Shown here piece by piece: positions 1-12,110 of a stretch of 64,000 bases of DNA (the stretch's first letter is position 1; each line of letters begins with the position of its first letter). The position numbers and the translations under genes are program-made. The DNA is from Laetmonice hystrix. Taxonomy: Eukaryota. The stretch covers positions 35,962,001 through 36,026,000 of the forward strand of contig OZ249440.1 of the NCBI GenBank assembly GCA_965235115.1, given 5' to 3'. Below the pieces are notes generated by a model. The model did not search any database. It saw only the letters and a list, made by a program, of their open reading frames with translations, and had not been told where the DNA came from.

Positions 1-424
1 CATTGCGCGACTGCAAGCATAGCCTGCATCACCTATCAGGTGCCCATCGAGCTCACCTGTAAGGATTATTATATTATACAGGAATGTCTTGCTTTGTGGT
101 TCACCTACTTAAAATTATATATCAATCAGTTGTCATAACCTTTGCTTAGGGCTTACTATCACGTTTACATTTAAAAACACGGTAAAGTAGAGGGACTCCA
201 GGATTGAATAAGTCCTTTAAACAAGCAATTAGCTTAAAGGTGCTATTCGTGAACAAAAATTCATTTTTTTAATTTTAAATTTTGTTGACGTTTATGTGAT
301 CCCACCTATCATGGAAATAGATTCACAACAAAGGAAATCAAAATTTTTCATGGATAACGGCACAAATGGGGCTCTCTCAGAAGGCCTGTGGAGACCCTGA
401 CACGCCCCACCATAGGAAATGGCT

Positions 425-477
425 CTATCTCGGTGCGCACCGAGATAGCACCGAAAAATCTCGGTGCGCACCGAGAT
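425..477. repeat. Two copies of a perfect palindrome (CTATCTCGGTGCGCACCGAGATAG at 425-448; 20-bp core at 458-477)
   Basis: Directly visible self-complementary sequence, repeated; probably part of a non-autonomous DNA transposon. Confidence 0.8.
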
Positions 478-689
478 AGGTTTCAAATGCTGCACACAAA
501 CTAATAGAAGGTTTATCAGGCCAATGGTATCGGTAGGAATTTTTTCTAGTACTATGTGCACAATGTATGATAGGAGAAATGCCATTCTGTGCGAGACGAA
601 TAGCACCTTTAAGGCACTGATTAATTCACTGGTCACTGACAACTCGTGGAATGAGGAACATAGGAAAGGTATCCTCAACATATCAGTAT

Positions 690-1150
690 CAAGTCGGGCT
701 AACCTACCGTTTTCCAGTTTGCGATGGAGAATGGATTCAGAGAATATCTTTTGGTCATGGGAACCCCCAGGATATCTTGCTACAACATCCAGAATTAAGT
801 TTTCGAGGTCACATACCATCTGTAAGTAGCAGATTGATGGTTAATTTTAAATTAGTCCAAATAAATTTCTATTTTACACAGGCAACCTCTGCATCATTTT
901 CAATTCAGATGCGGGCCTTCAATTTAATGCGAAATATTCAGTAAATATCAGTAAGAACATACTCCATTTTACATATACGCCCCCCCCAAAACAACAACCT
1001 TACAGATACTGGTTATAAACAAACTAAAAGAGACTATGCATCCTGCATTAATTCATAATTTGAAAAACCTTGCAGGCCTGAGCTGCAGCAGATAATGGGC
1101 AAATGATTAAATGTAATAATACCTGAACGTTTATGCTGTTCTGTTCCTGT
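690..1150 (-). pseudogene. PIF/Harbinger transposase (HARBI1-like, DDE_Tnp_4) fragment with an intron at 820-1122
   Basis: YRNR..SINVQ | MVCD..ILDVVARYPGGSHDQKIF..LENG, joined by a GT-AG intron. Matches the Harbinger nuclease signature. Frameshifted and truncated. Confidence 0.7.
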
Positions 1151-1879
1151 AATTCCAATACCTTTTGAACTTTTCCACTTGGACACGTGTTTCTTGGAAA
1201 AACTGGTGTTTAGATGGCTTTGGAATGAGTCGTCTACAAAAGAAACTGGTACAATGAAATTTCATATGTACAAAGTTATGTTGTTGCACTAATTTTGCAA
1301 CACTTTGGGATGGAAACTGTGGATGCTGTTCCATCGGAGAATATTTTGCCAGTGATCATTGCAAACAATGAGGAAAGAGTAGCTTGGGTTCACACAACAA
1401 TCGGAAAAGTGGTAGATGAACATGTTCTTGACTGATGGCGGGGAAGTACCTGCACTAAACAGGTTCATCAAGGTAGCCAACAAATCGTAGAAAGGTTTCC
1501 CCTGACCCTGAAAAATGGCAGTCAAATAATGTTGTCTGTGATTAAAACCGAAACTGTGTTTGAGGCACCAAAGGATCTCGTGAAAAACAAACAACCCATA
1601 GTTAACAATACTGGTAAAGGAAGCTCACACATAAAAGCAGACCAGGAAATGGAGTACATTGAAAAGCCAAGGAGCGGAAAAAACGAATCAAGCACACATT
1701 TTCAAACAAAACCGAAGGAAATGTATTGCGCCAGACAGCAGCAGTCTCAGGGTTAGCTGCCATTGATTGCAATTTTGACACAGCAACTAACGTTGTGGTT
1801 CATTCTACAGCCCATCCGGCTATTGCTGCAATCAACGATGAACGCACAATGATTACAGATATTACTTGATGTCATTTGA

Positions 1880-2860
1880 TCATCATTTGATATCATTGAA
1901 CAAATTCAGCGACGTGCAGCCCGTTATTTTTTAGGAGTTCATCGGTTCGCCCCAGTAGATATGTTACAAGGCGATATAGGTTGGGTTTCTTGTCTCACCA
2001 GACATACATTGAGTGTTCTGAACCTCTGGAACAGACTGACTATGATGGAAGCAAATCGTTTAACATCTAAAATTTTCCTGTGGGCTATAGGTTTTCATAA
2101 TATCAGTGGCACGTGGTCTAATAATGTATTGCATGTTCTCCAATCTATTGGTCAGGAAGATTGCTCTAATAATCTTGAACCATGTGATATCGTGAGAGCA
2201 AGAGGCTCTCTATACCAGTTAGAGCAAGAAAGTTGGAATACAAATCGATATAATAAAGCTAAATTCAGATATTATAACTTGTTTAAGCCAGACCTATGTC
2301 AGGAGGAATACATCTCCTTTAATGTACCGAAATATAAGCGTTCCCTGTTTGCACAATTTAGAGCTGGAATTCTACCCTTACAAGTTGAGATTGGGCGATA
2401 TCGAAATCTAGCCCTGGAGGATAGACTGTGCACATTATGTGAGTTATCTCTTGTGGAAGATAAATTCCGTCTATTATGTGTATGTACTCGTTATGCTCAT
2501 TGTAGATCCAGATTGTATAACAAGGCAGCGTTACTTTATCCAGACTTTCAACTTATGGATGATTTAAACAAGTTTGCGTTCCTCGTAGGCAATTTACAAA
2601 AAGATGTAATTGATTTCCTTGCTAGTGGCCTTGCTATTAGACGCTCAAGTCTGTACTATACATGATAACTGAAATATCCGCCTCTGTCATTGTGTTTTTG
2701 GTTTATTTTGATATAGATTATCTACCAACCAAGTCTATAGTGACTTATAAGCCCGATGGGCTGGGTGACTTTTTCTTGTACATTTTACACTGTAACTTAC
2801 ATTATTTACATGTCACACGTCACTAAAATAAAGATCTTGTTATGTTATGTTATGTTATTA
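1880..2860 (+). mobile_element. 5'-truncated LINE, ORF2 C-terminus (RTE-X-like; clade uncertain)
   Basis: ORF 1961-2665 contains FRAGILPLQVEIGRY..RLCTLC..EDKFRLLCVC, a C-terminal Zn motif. Followed by AATAAA and a (TGTTA)n tail at ~2835-2858. Confidence 0.75.
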
Positions 2861-3634
2861 CTTATGTCCCTTCAAACATATGGTTGTATATTCTTGAAAT
2901 GTTCATATTTTCAGCCAATCAACTTTACTGAACAGACTAGATGAAAGACGGTTTAACGCATGGTTTGAGAAGAAAAAGAGATTGTTGAAAAACGAGGTTG
3001 GCCAATAAGTATGTCATGGGTATATGAATGTATCTAGGGGTCTGCATATAGCAAGGAAATAATTGCAATACATTACCGGGTATGTGATAAAAAGGTGAAT
3101 TATTGAAATACCGTTCCAGTACATGAATAACATTGTTCTTAAAAACTGCAAAGAACATCTTGGTGCCTGTTTATTACCTTGATCTCTGGCAAAGAAAACA
3201 TAAAAAATTAAACAAAAACGAGAAAGTATGCCTTTTATGCTAAACGTAACGCTAACCTCAATGTTACTATTAGCCCCTTAAGGAGACTAGCAAAGTTCCT
3301 CACTAACGTACCTTTGAACACCAGCAACACCATGTGAAGTGTGTAAGGTGTAGTGTACTGGGGCATGTTAACAAATAGTTTGTCTGAAATCGTTGATGAA
3401 TCTGTCACCATCTTGCTTCGAATTGGTTTAGCGGTGACGTCATGGGCATGTTTCTGGTAAGAGTGGAATCGCGGCGGTACTTGACTAGCAGCACTCTGGC
3501 TGGGAATCTGTGTGGCTTGTTCCGCCTGGCAGCCACATAACAATTTGTGGACAAGTAGGGCAGACAAGCAGACGGAGCCAGCGGGAGAATGTCTAGCTAC
3601 ATTTCAGTTGATTATTGCTTTATTAAAGATCAGT

Positions 3635-3749
3635 GCCGGCCGCACAGAAGGTTGATAGTGCTATCAGCATCACCATCAATACTGATAGCAATTGAGTTTT
3701 AGTGGCCAGTGTCAAAACCCACACTATCAGCACCTTCTGTGCGGCTGGC
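3635..3749. mobile_element. Small MITE-like inverted-repeat element
   Basis: Imperfect ~27-bp terminal inverted repeats (TIRs): GCCGGCCGCACAGAAGGTTGATAGTG ... CACTATCAGCACCTTCTGTGCGGCTGGC. Confidence 0.6.
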
Positions 3750-5029
3750 CCAGACCATCACAAGATTGTAGGTAGGAACAAGCTTGTTCATGCTGAACAC
3801 CCTTATATTGATAGTTGGAACTTTTCTTCAACCTTTAATATATTATGCTTGAAATAGTACACTAAGAACCAAAATTCTGTGCAAAAGACATGCGAAAGTG
3901 TTTAGAATAGCCATTGTTAAGAGCCTCCATATTTAATGGCATTATTATAGCTTAATCAAAGTCTGTATCCATAGACAGAATAGCAATGGTTTTATTAGTT
4001 CTAGATCCACAACTCTGACTGGTCAATTAGGAAACTTCTCACAGATATACTTTGTTATAGAATGTATGTTATCAATGTAGGCCTGATCCAGTCCAGAAAA
4101 GTTAGACTCTATTGCTTCCCTGTTCACATAATGTGTATAATTTATGTAGATTTGTGAAATTAAATATTCACCTAGGCCAGTATGAAGTCTTCCATGTCTC
4201 ACTGCCATTGACTCATTTTCTGCAGCAAAATATTGCCTTAACAAATTCTCCAAGGTCTTCACTGCAGGTATCTGACGTGCAGAAGCACCACAAGACTCAT
4301 GGATACTTGATTTATCGTCTGTAATGGACGGCATATTGCCAAGAGCATAACGCCAACCGCACACTGGAAGACGCGACAGGATAGGATGGGATAAGATGGG
4401 ACGGTATTGTCGCATCCTAGATCTTTAAGTGCAGATCAGGGGGTATTGCACACCAGTGACACAGGACGGGAGGAAGACACGGGTTTACTCAACAAAGATG
4501 GAGGTGCAGGAGAGACGATGAACACAAGCTCTGGCTGTAATGATTTCCGCCTTAGTATTGTGTAGAAGAAGGCGTAGACGGCAGAGAATTCAGAGGAGGT
4601 GGTGGGTCAAACATCATGAGAAGGTTCTCTCATGTTACACTTGTACAGACATGGCCTTTCCTGCCACAGAATAACTAGTTGATCCTCTAGTTCTTGGCTC
4701 CATGTGTTCTCTGCCATCTTGGTAATTAACCCGGTAGCCTTCCAGTCACATGACAGAGTCTAAGTGCAAGCTGATTGGCTGCTCCTCCTTCAGGTCGTCC
4801 TGTCCTGTCCTCGGGCCCCGGACACATCAGACACTGGTCGCATCCCGCCTGTGATGCACGCACAAAGCGTCCACGGACCGGACCGTCCCGTCTCACCAAT
4901 TCAACATTCGAATTCTTCAAGACCGTCCTGTTGCCACGCACACTGCCAGGCCAGGACTGTCTTGTCCCATCTTTTAGCGTGCCGTCTTCCAGTGTGTGGT
5001 CGGTTTTAGACATCAAATAGGACTCGCAG

Positions 5030-5258
5030 TGACATGTATTCCTGCAATTGTCACAACACAGATGAAGAGGCTCCTGGGCTTTATATGAACAGCCAAAGTA
5101 TTCCAATATATGCTTCTTCGGCAACCACTGCCCTCACAGTATTTTCTCATGTCCTCACTCATGTGCTTTACACTTCGAGCTATGTCAGACTTGTTGTAGT
5201 GCAGAAGGGCAGTGGCATGCATTGCATCACGACCAGCTCTACCAACTTCCTGTATATA
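5030..5258 (-). pseudogene. RecQ-type helicase C-terminal fragment (motif VI plus Zn-binding domain), probably TE-borne
   Basis: YIQEVGRAGRD..ALLHY..MRKYC..CRR, then after a frameshift ILEYFG..CCDNC. Confidence 0.7.
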
Positions 5259-5783
5259 AGCTAAAATAAATCATGTGATATATCAAATGTATCGGCACTG
5301 GCAGTCATAATTTTTAAAAACAATATTTTTTATTAGGCCAAATTTCGAAACCTATGGGGTTCTGTATTTATGATGGGAAGACACTAAATTTACAGAAATA
5401 CGTATTCTCCATGGTGTTTGGTTCAGTTCGCACACCAGTTCGCATCTGAAATACAATATCTGTTTTTACTGAACTTACTGTCACATTACCACATTACCAG
5501 CCCAGCAAATTGCATGTCTTACCTAAAAGTGTACAAGCATAGGCTATCACTAAGAATTACTGTCATCCAATTCATTTACAAACACCTCCTTTGCAAAAAA
5601 CATGAGCATAATATCTATCATTAACTTCAAAGTTTCAGGCAATGTACCTTTTCCACCTGTGGTGCATGGTACTTGCTGACTCTTGATTGAAATGCAGAGG
5701 AACCAGCCCCTGGGTTCATCTCATCCTGAGGGATCTCCCACAGTAGGAAGTTTAAGCAGTCCAACCTATCGCTGGAACGTAAC

Positions 5784-6107
5784 CGTGTCGGCATCTGGGG
5801 CCATCTTCACGGCGAAAACAGAGTTATAAGACCATAAAACCAAAGGAACCTATTTTATCCCGGGTCCCAACGGGAACACCACCAAAACACATAGATCTAT
5901 AAAAGAGTCAGAAGTCCAGCCTCTGACAAGAACTCTAAAATCACTCCTGGTCTAATATTGCTAAAAAGATCCTTAAGACTCGTCTCATTATAAAACCTTT
6001 GTCTGATGAGAGTAAAATCACCACATTCGAGTAAAAGATGCTTCAGTGTCAAAGGACACTGACAGCCAAAACATTCTGGAGGTGGCTCCCCCTTCAATAA
6101 AAACACA
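5784..6107 (-). mobile_element. I-group (Nimb-like) LINE 3' fragment, type-A 3' UTR
   Basis: Near-identical to the 3' ends of other copies in the window (KGEPPPEC..EAGLLTLL plus UTR). Confidence 0.9.
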
Positions 6108-7004
6108 TCGGGACAGGGCAATGGGGCCCTGATATGACTCATTCGAAGTCTTCGATCTGTACCACCTTATGGACTGTCTGGTTAGATAAGACCTCCACTA
6201 CCCTGGCACATATGAAGTAAATAACCAAACAACAGCTTAAAGTACCTAGTAGTACTACTTGAGGGAAACAACACATATTGTTTGGCATTACTCGGAGTAA
6301 GTCTATCGTTTTAGGTGACCGTCTCGATGGCGAAACATCAGTCCTATCTACTCTATCCAGTGCTTCTCGAAAAGAGGTATCCCTGGGAAAGGGTCGGGCC
6401 CTTGAAGTTGAACAGTTTGAACTGAAAGTATGTGTGGATAGTTGAGCTCGCATACCCCTCTCAGCTTAGGTATGTGATGAACCTGACAGGCCTGTTCATG
6501 CCTATGGGTGGCTTTGGGTTGGTCTCATAGAGACCCATTTGGAACCTGATGAACGCCCCCCAAACCGTATTGCACGATGGGTACAAAGTGGGCCAGTAGA
6601 GTTCTAAAAAATGGTCGGTGAGCTTGAAGTGCTGTGGCCGGAGTGTCACGGGTGAGACTCTACTCTAGGTGGCTCGTTCATGGAATGTCTGGATTGTAAG
6701 GGAATGGACCCTGCACCGCAGCGCCTGCCTCATATATGCGCCTCGGGAAAGGAGTCCCGGGCTGTGGCATAACGTAGACTTTGTGGTGTTTGACGAACTG
6801 AAGTTTAGGTTTAATTCGTTCCTTTTACACTGGCAAATTGCTGAACTACGTGAAAAACACGTGCGTCTACCCTCGGAGCGGTAAGTCGATCCCTGGGCGA
6901 TATATCTGTCCACTTTCAGTACCATCCTAAAACGCACGACTACAAATTTCAGTAGGTACGATTGTCAAACTCCCACCAATCACATTCACGTACAAAACAA
7001 GTAT

Positions 7005-7835
7005 ACTCTCAGCACTCCATCCACTCGAACTGGGTCTAAGTTAGCCAGTCGGTTTTTCCTTGGCAGACCGGGAGGTTCACTGAGCATTGCCTTCTCTTCC
7101 TTGAATTCCTGCTGTTGGAGTACTCTGACGAGCAACACTTCTGCCTTTCGTCTCTCTTCTACAGTGCTCATATCTGAATGAGTCCCTCCAGCGGCGCGAC
7201 GGACCAGTCGAGCCACGACCTTGCAAACTAACTTCCAACTGGAGAACTTTTCGAGTCTGGTCAGCAGTGGATACGAAGCTTCAGACCCAGTGGTAAGGAG
7301 TGAGTGGACCCTGACCTCAGGATCTCCCAAGTCTATTCCTAAGACAGGTTCCTCGAAAAACCTTAGTTCCTGCTCCTGCAAAAAGGTAGGTCCATTGAAC
7401 CAACAACTCTTCAACAGCTTGACCTCTGGATGAGATGTCGGCAGGGTTGAACTCTGAAGGAAAGTAGTGCCATTACGAAACCTCAGTTTGGAACCGTATG
7501 ATCTCCACTCGATTGACGACAAACGTGTGAAATTTCCTGCCTTCATTTTGTATATATGCCAACACCACTCTGAGTCTGTCCAGAAGTGTTCAACCAGTTG
7601 TTCATATTGCAGCTCTCTCCCCAGCATCACACTTATTTTCATGGCTACGGTTGCTGCAGTAAGCTCTAGTCGTGGTATAATGACGACCTTCGTGGGGGCA
7701 ACCCGGGCCTTCCCAAAGACCAGGCTACAGTAGACACCTTCCTCACAGTGTCGTGAGAAATCTCAGGTACGAACAAGTTCCATACCCTACAACACTGGCC
7801 TCCGAGAAATGGTGCAGTTCAATCGCGACAGTGTC
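7005..7835 (-). mobile_element. BEL/Pao LTR-retrotransposon pol fragment (RNase H region), degenerate
   Basis: ELHHFSEAS..YGTCSYLR..GKARVAP..IPRLEL, HFWTDS, WFNGPTFL, RLEKFSSW, LDP..DGVLRV; frameshifted. Confidence 0.85.
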
Positions 7836-7963
7836 CATCTTCCATCTTCACAACTGTTGTGTCCATCTTCACAACTGTTGTGTCCATCTTCAAGGTCTAA
7901 ATCCTTGACTGCGGCTCTTTCCGATGATGCAATACTTGCCATCAACTCTTGACTGTTGAAGAA

Positions 7964-10540
7964 TTCGCGTGAAACAGTAGAATGACCTTGCCCCCAGTTG
8001 GCACATTTGGCAGGCTTTTCACAGCTTGTATGGTCATGTCCTGTTTCAGTGCACCGAGATCATTTTTGTTAATTTTTACATGAGTCGGTCCCATGCCCAA
8101 ACCTCTGGCACTTAAAGCAACGCAGAGGATTTGGGATGTAGGGATCAACTTTTACCTTTAGAAAGCCAATCTCAAGTTCATCTGGTAGAGTGGGCCTGTC
8201 GAATGTCAGAAAATATGTGTGTGTCTTGATGGTGTTACCATCTCATTTCACTATCAATCTTCTGACTTCCGACACACCTTGCCAGCTCAACCCAGCAAGG
8301 ATCTCCTGTTCAGTTGTCATGTCAAGATAATTTGTTCTAATAACACCCTTGCTGGAGTTAAGCGTCCGGTGACGAGAGGCCTTGATATAGCAACGAGAAT
8401 GCAAAATTTCATATCCACTTTACATCACTTTTCATTGTCTGTATTGACAGGGCTAGTGACACAGAGCTCAAATCTTTTTGAATTATGTTGATATTCTCAA
8501 TATTAACGAAAATATAACCAAAAGTGTGAATTTATTTTCAATGGGCTTGGAGATCATTTTCTGGATCTGGGACAATGATAAACGAATGGAGGCCTGTCCA
8601 GGCTGATGGACCCTGAAAAAACACATTTTTTGGTGTTTATCTTTAACATATCTGTAGTTTTTATTATATCATTCTGAATTTTTGCTTACAGAGGTTTTTT
8701 CATATCAGGATTTCAAAAATGTTAGTGAAAATGATCTAATTTGCATATTTAAATGAGCTAATTTGCATAAATTATGTGAAATAACAGATGCCGACCAGGA
8801 ATTCATTGTAATCTGGTCAGTTAAATGGGGAATTTGAACAGTATCTCCTTTAAATTAAAACTGTAGCACAGGTTTTTGCAGTGCTATCAAATGAAATTAA
8901 CCTCATTTGAATAAATCATAATTAATTTGCATATATTAACACATATAATAATTTGCATTTCATAGGGCGTACAGTTTTTCATTTCCCCTCAGTTCATCAC
9001 TCTTCAACTCCTGTCCGGACATGACATGTCAATCATTTCTGATCAATTTCAAAATTTGACAACAGTCATAGGTGTGCACAACAGGCATGGGATTCCTAAA
9101 TTACCAGAAGTCTGAAATTTGGTGGGTAGGAACTGTGCAAAGCCCCTCAGGCTCTGACTCTCTTCCACGGCTTGAGCTCCCCCCCCCCCCCTTAACTTAA
9201 GCCGCCCAACTCCAACGTCCAAGGCCTAAGTTAAAACATGAGCAGGTCTGAGTGAGACAGCCAACAATCAAGATCACTAGGGCCCCTATTATATTCCATC
9301 ATGACACATTAAAATCCTGTTTTGAGCCCACACCCTCTGCAAATTTGCTGGATTCGCCCCTACCCCAGCTGCTGGCGCTGACTGAGTGCATCTGTGCATG
9401 CATGGCGCTGCCACTGCCGCTCTCAGTCGGCAGCGTGCACCGCACTGTCGGTCACTGTCACACGCGTCGCTAAGGACGCTGAGCGCGGCGGCCGGATTAA
9501 GTCTCTCTGCTGCAGTCAATACTTGATGTACAAATTATTGGAAAACATGTCCAGATAGAAGAAATATTGGGCTTTATAAAGGTATGCGAACTTAGTATGT
9601 GTCTTGTTCCATCTCTGGGGGGCCATCAGTCGAAATCTTGACAACTTCTGCAGACAACCTTCCCGTGGGCGGATGTACTTAGTTCGACGACCGGCGTGAA
9701 GCTCATACTGTCCTCTGATTGGCTATATTTAAATCATTAAGATCCTAGCTGCGGAACTACCCGGCAAACATGAAGAGGCACACAGTACTTTTGTTCTGAG
9801 GGGTCCATGTGTGGGTTCCGCGACTGCGGTCACCGCGCTTGAGTCCGAGTGAACCACTGCGTTTAACTCGCTGTAACCTCATCTTAAACTAAATAAACTA
9901 CCATAAAAGTACCATGAATAGATTGGAAATTCTGTGTGGATTCTATCCATGGTTATTATGTTACAATTAGATTAGATTTGAGGTAAGGTACATGGGTTTA
10001 TTTGGGGACATGACTGTTGTCTAAAGCCAGCATGCATTCCTGGTTGTAACGTCAAAATCGGTCCCCTGCTCACTGGTAGCAGATTCGCGTTGCTACTTGA
10101 TACTGTAACCTGCGAGTACTGTGGCACTCAGCAGGTTCGCAGATTGGGCCTCCGTGGCACACTCTACCAACAGTTGGCCAGACCTCAAACGTTTACAATC
10201 TTTGACTGTTCCAGCTATCCCCAATATGCCTATATAATGTATGGCAAAAGGGAATAGCTATTGGTCGTTCAGCTTCTGCCGATTCAACAATGATGAAACG
10301 AGGCCATTCCGTCAAGTGTTCATTCTCCATAGACCGGTCCGAGTCAGAGTCCGTTAGTTTCAGTAGTTTTCTTTTTGGGGGGGGGGGGGGATTGTTTGAT
10401 GCCATGTTTGTGTTAGATTGTTTCGCCAACCCTATTCCCCACCCTCCACGGAGCCCAGCAAGGGGAAGTGCAGAGCTGCGGTAACCAGCAGTTGCAAACC
10501 AAGGATATAGGGTTGGTATACTCAAGCAATGGAACGAAAG
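7964..10540 (-). mobile_element. I-group LINE ORF1/5' UTR fragment split by a DNA transposon (LINE parts 7964-8387 and 10096-10540)
   Basis: Both parts align colinearly with 35941-36798 of the long copy. Confidence 0.85.
8388..10095. mobile_element. Non-autonomous DNA transposon with TIR TAGCAACG(A/C)GAAT and a 7-bp target-site duplication (TSD) CTTGATA
   Basis: TSD at 8381-8387 and 10096-10102. Removing the element restores the LINE ORF1 sequence seen at ~36355-36375. No transposase ORF inside. Confidence 0.8.
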
Positions 10541-10669
10541 AGTTACCACGCAGACATTGCATGAACGACTCTCCCCCCCCCCCCACCCATGCCTGCCTCT
10601 GCCGGATAACTGGGTGACCACCTGGGGTAAAGGTAAACTCCAGGATGCAGGGTGGGAACACATCAGGAA

Positions 10670-11550
10670 CAGCAGTTCATGGCAAGCACAACTTCGGCAC
10701 CCGCATCTCAGGGCAAAGTTCCATCTTCTCATCAGAGGCCCGGGCCCTGCTTCTTGCCCTTCAAAATATTGAAGTTTCTGGCAAAAAGGACATCCTCGTT
10801 TTCTCGGATTCCTTATCCTGTCTGCAAGCACTTGCTAACTTGAACACAGATCACCCAGTGATTGTCCAAATCTTGTCCAAGTTGGCAGTGCTTGCCAATG
10901 CAAACTTTGATATTCACGTTTGCTGGGTGCCCGGCCATGTTGGCATACCGGGCAATGAGCAAGCCGACAGAACTGCCAAGAGAGCGCTTGAAACAGACGT
11001 CGAATTGTGTCCAATCCCAGCCTCTGACCTCAGACCTACCATCTGGGCTTATGTTAAAAACAAATGGCAGGCCGAATGGGATGAACAACCAAACAATAAG
11101 TTGTATCAGATCAGTCCCATGGTAAACCAAAGGTATCATCATGGCCTAACCCAACGTAGGCATGAAATTGTTTTTACTCGATGCAGAGTTGGTCATTCTA
11201 GATTAACCCATGTGTTTTTATTGAAGGGGGAGCCACCTCCAGAATGTTATGGCTGTCAGTGTCCTTTGACACTGAAGCATCTTTTACTCGAATGTGGCGA
11301 TTTTACTCTCATCAGACAAAGGTTTTATAATGAGACGAGTCTTAAGGATCTTTTTATCAATATCAGACCAGGAGTGATTTTAGAGTTCTTGTCAGAGGCT
11401 GGACTTCTGAATCTTTTATAGATGTGTTTTGGTGGTGTTCCCGTTGGGACCCGGGATAAAATAGGTTCCTTTGGTTTTATGGTCTTATAACTCTGTTTTC
11501 GCCGTGAATATGGCCCCAGATGCCGACACGGCGCAAAACCACCACTACTC
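10670..11550 (+). mobile_element. I-group LINE 3' part (RNase H, Zn finger, type-A UTR, (ACTC)n tail)
   Basis: ORF 10645-11421 contains SDSLS..WVPGHVGIPGNEQAD; tail ACTCACTCAC. Confidence 0.92.
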
Positions 11551-11552
11551 AC

Positions 11553-12110
11553 TCACTCACTGAGTTTGTTAATAGAAATTTGATAGTTCTGGTCAACTTT
11601 GTTTTCAATTGACGGTCGTAAGTACATTCTGAATTTAGGAATGTGTTCGATAATGGACTGAAAAGTTTCGTTTATTTGTGCCAATGATTTCCTTGTGAGC
11701 AAATCGCTGGCAGTCGCGTAGACAATGATACTCTGCAGTATTTCCGGGGGTAAGTCTAGCAGGCCTATGTTGGTGTTTCTGTCTTGCCACTCTGCCTCTT
11801 CAGGTCCTCCATTTTCCTCCACTCTCCCTATATGCACCTCGTTTAGGGACCCTGCCCCCTCGTGGAAGGATCTGTCTCTTTCCTTTGCGATTTCCTCATT
11901 ATCAACTACTCTGTGCCCTACCGCTGCATTGGTACATAGGTCCTCATCAAAAGTGTCCTTCTCTAATTGTTGGCGAATATAGTCTGATACAGGGTGCAAT
12001 GAAAGATAATGTGCACCCGCCTGTTCTGGAAAGTGGTCCAGGAATATTGTTGGTCCTGTTCCCGACTTTGTTTCAACTGTTTTGTTGTCTGCTGGCCCGT
12101 ATGTGGACAA
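11553..12110 (-). pseudogene. Truncated ORF with an F-box-like motif, preceded by an OTU-protease-like C-terminal segment
   Basis: LLDLPPEILQSIIVY..KSLAQINETFQSII is F-box-like; IFLDH..E..HYLSL resembles the OTU His strand. Cut off by the LINE tail. Confidence 0.45.

Noticed and set aside
6669..6884. Tc1-like transposase fragment (WHNVDFVVFDELKF)
   Set aside because: Only one weak motif, with no further DDE residues or TIRs.
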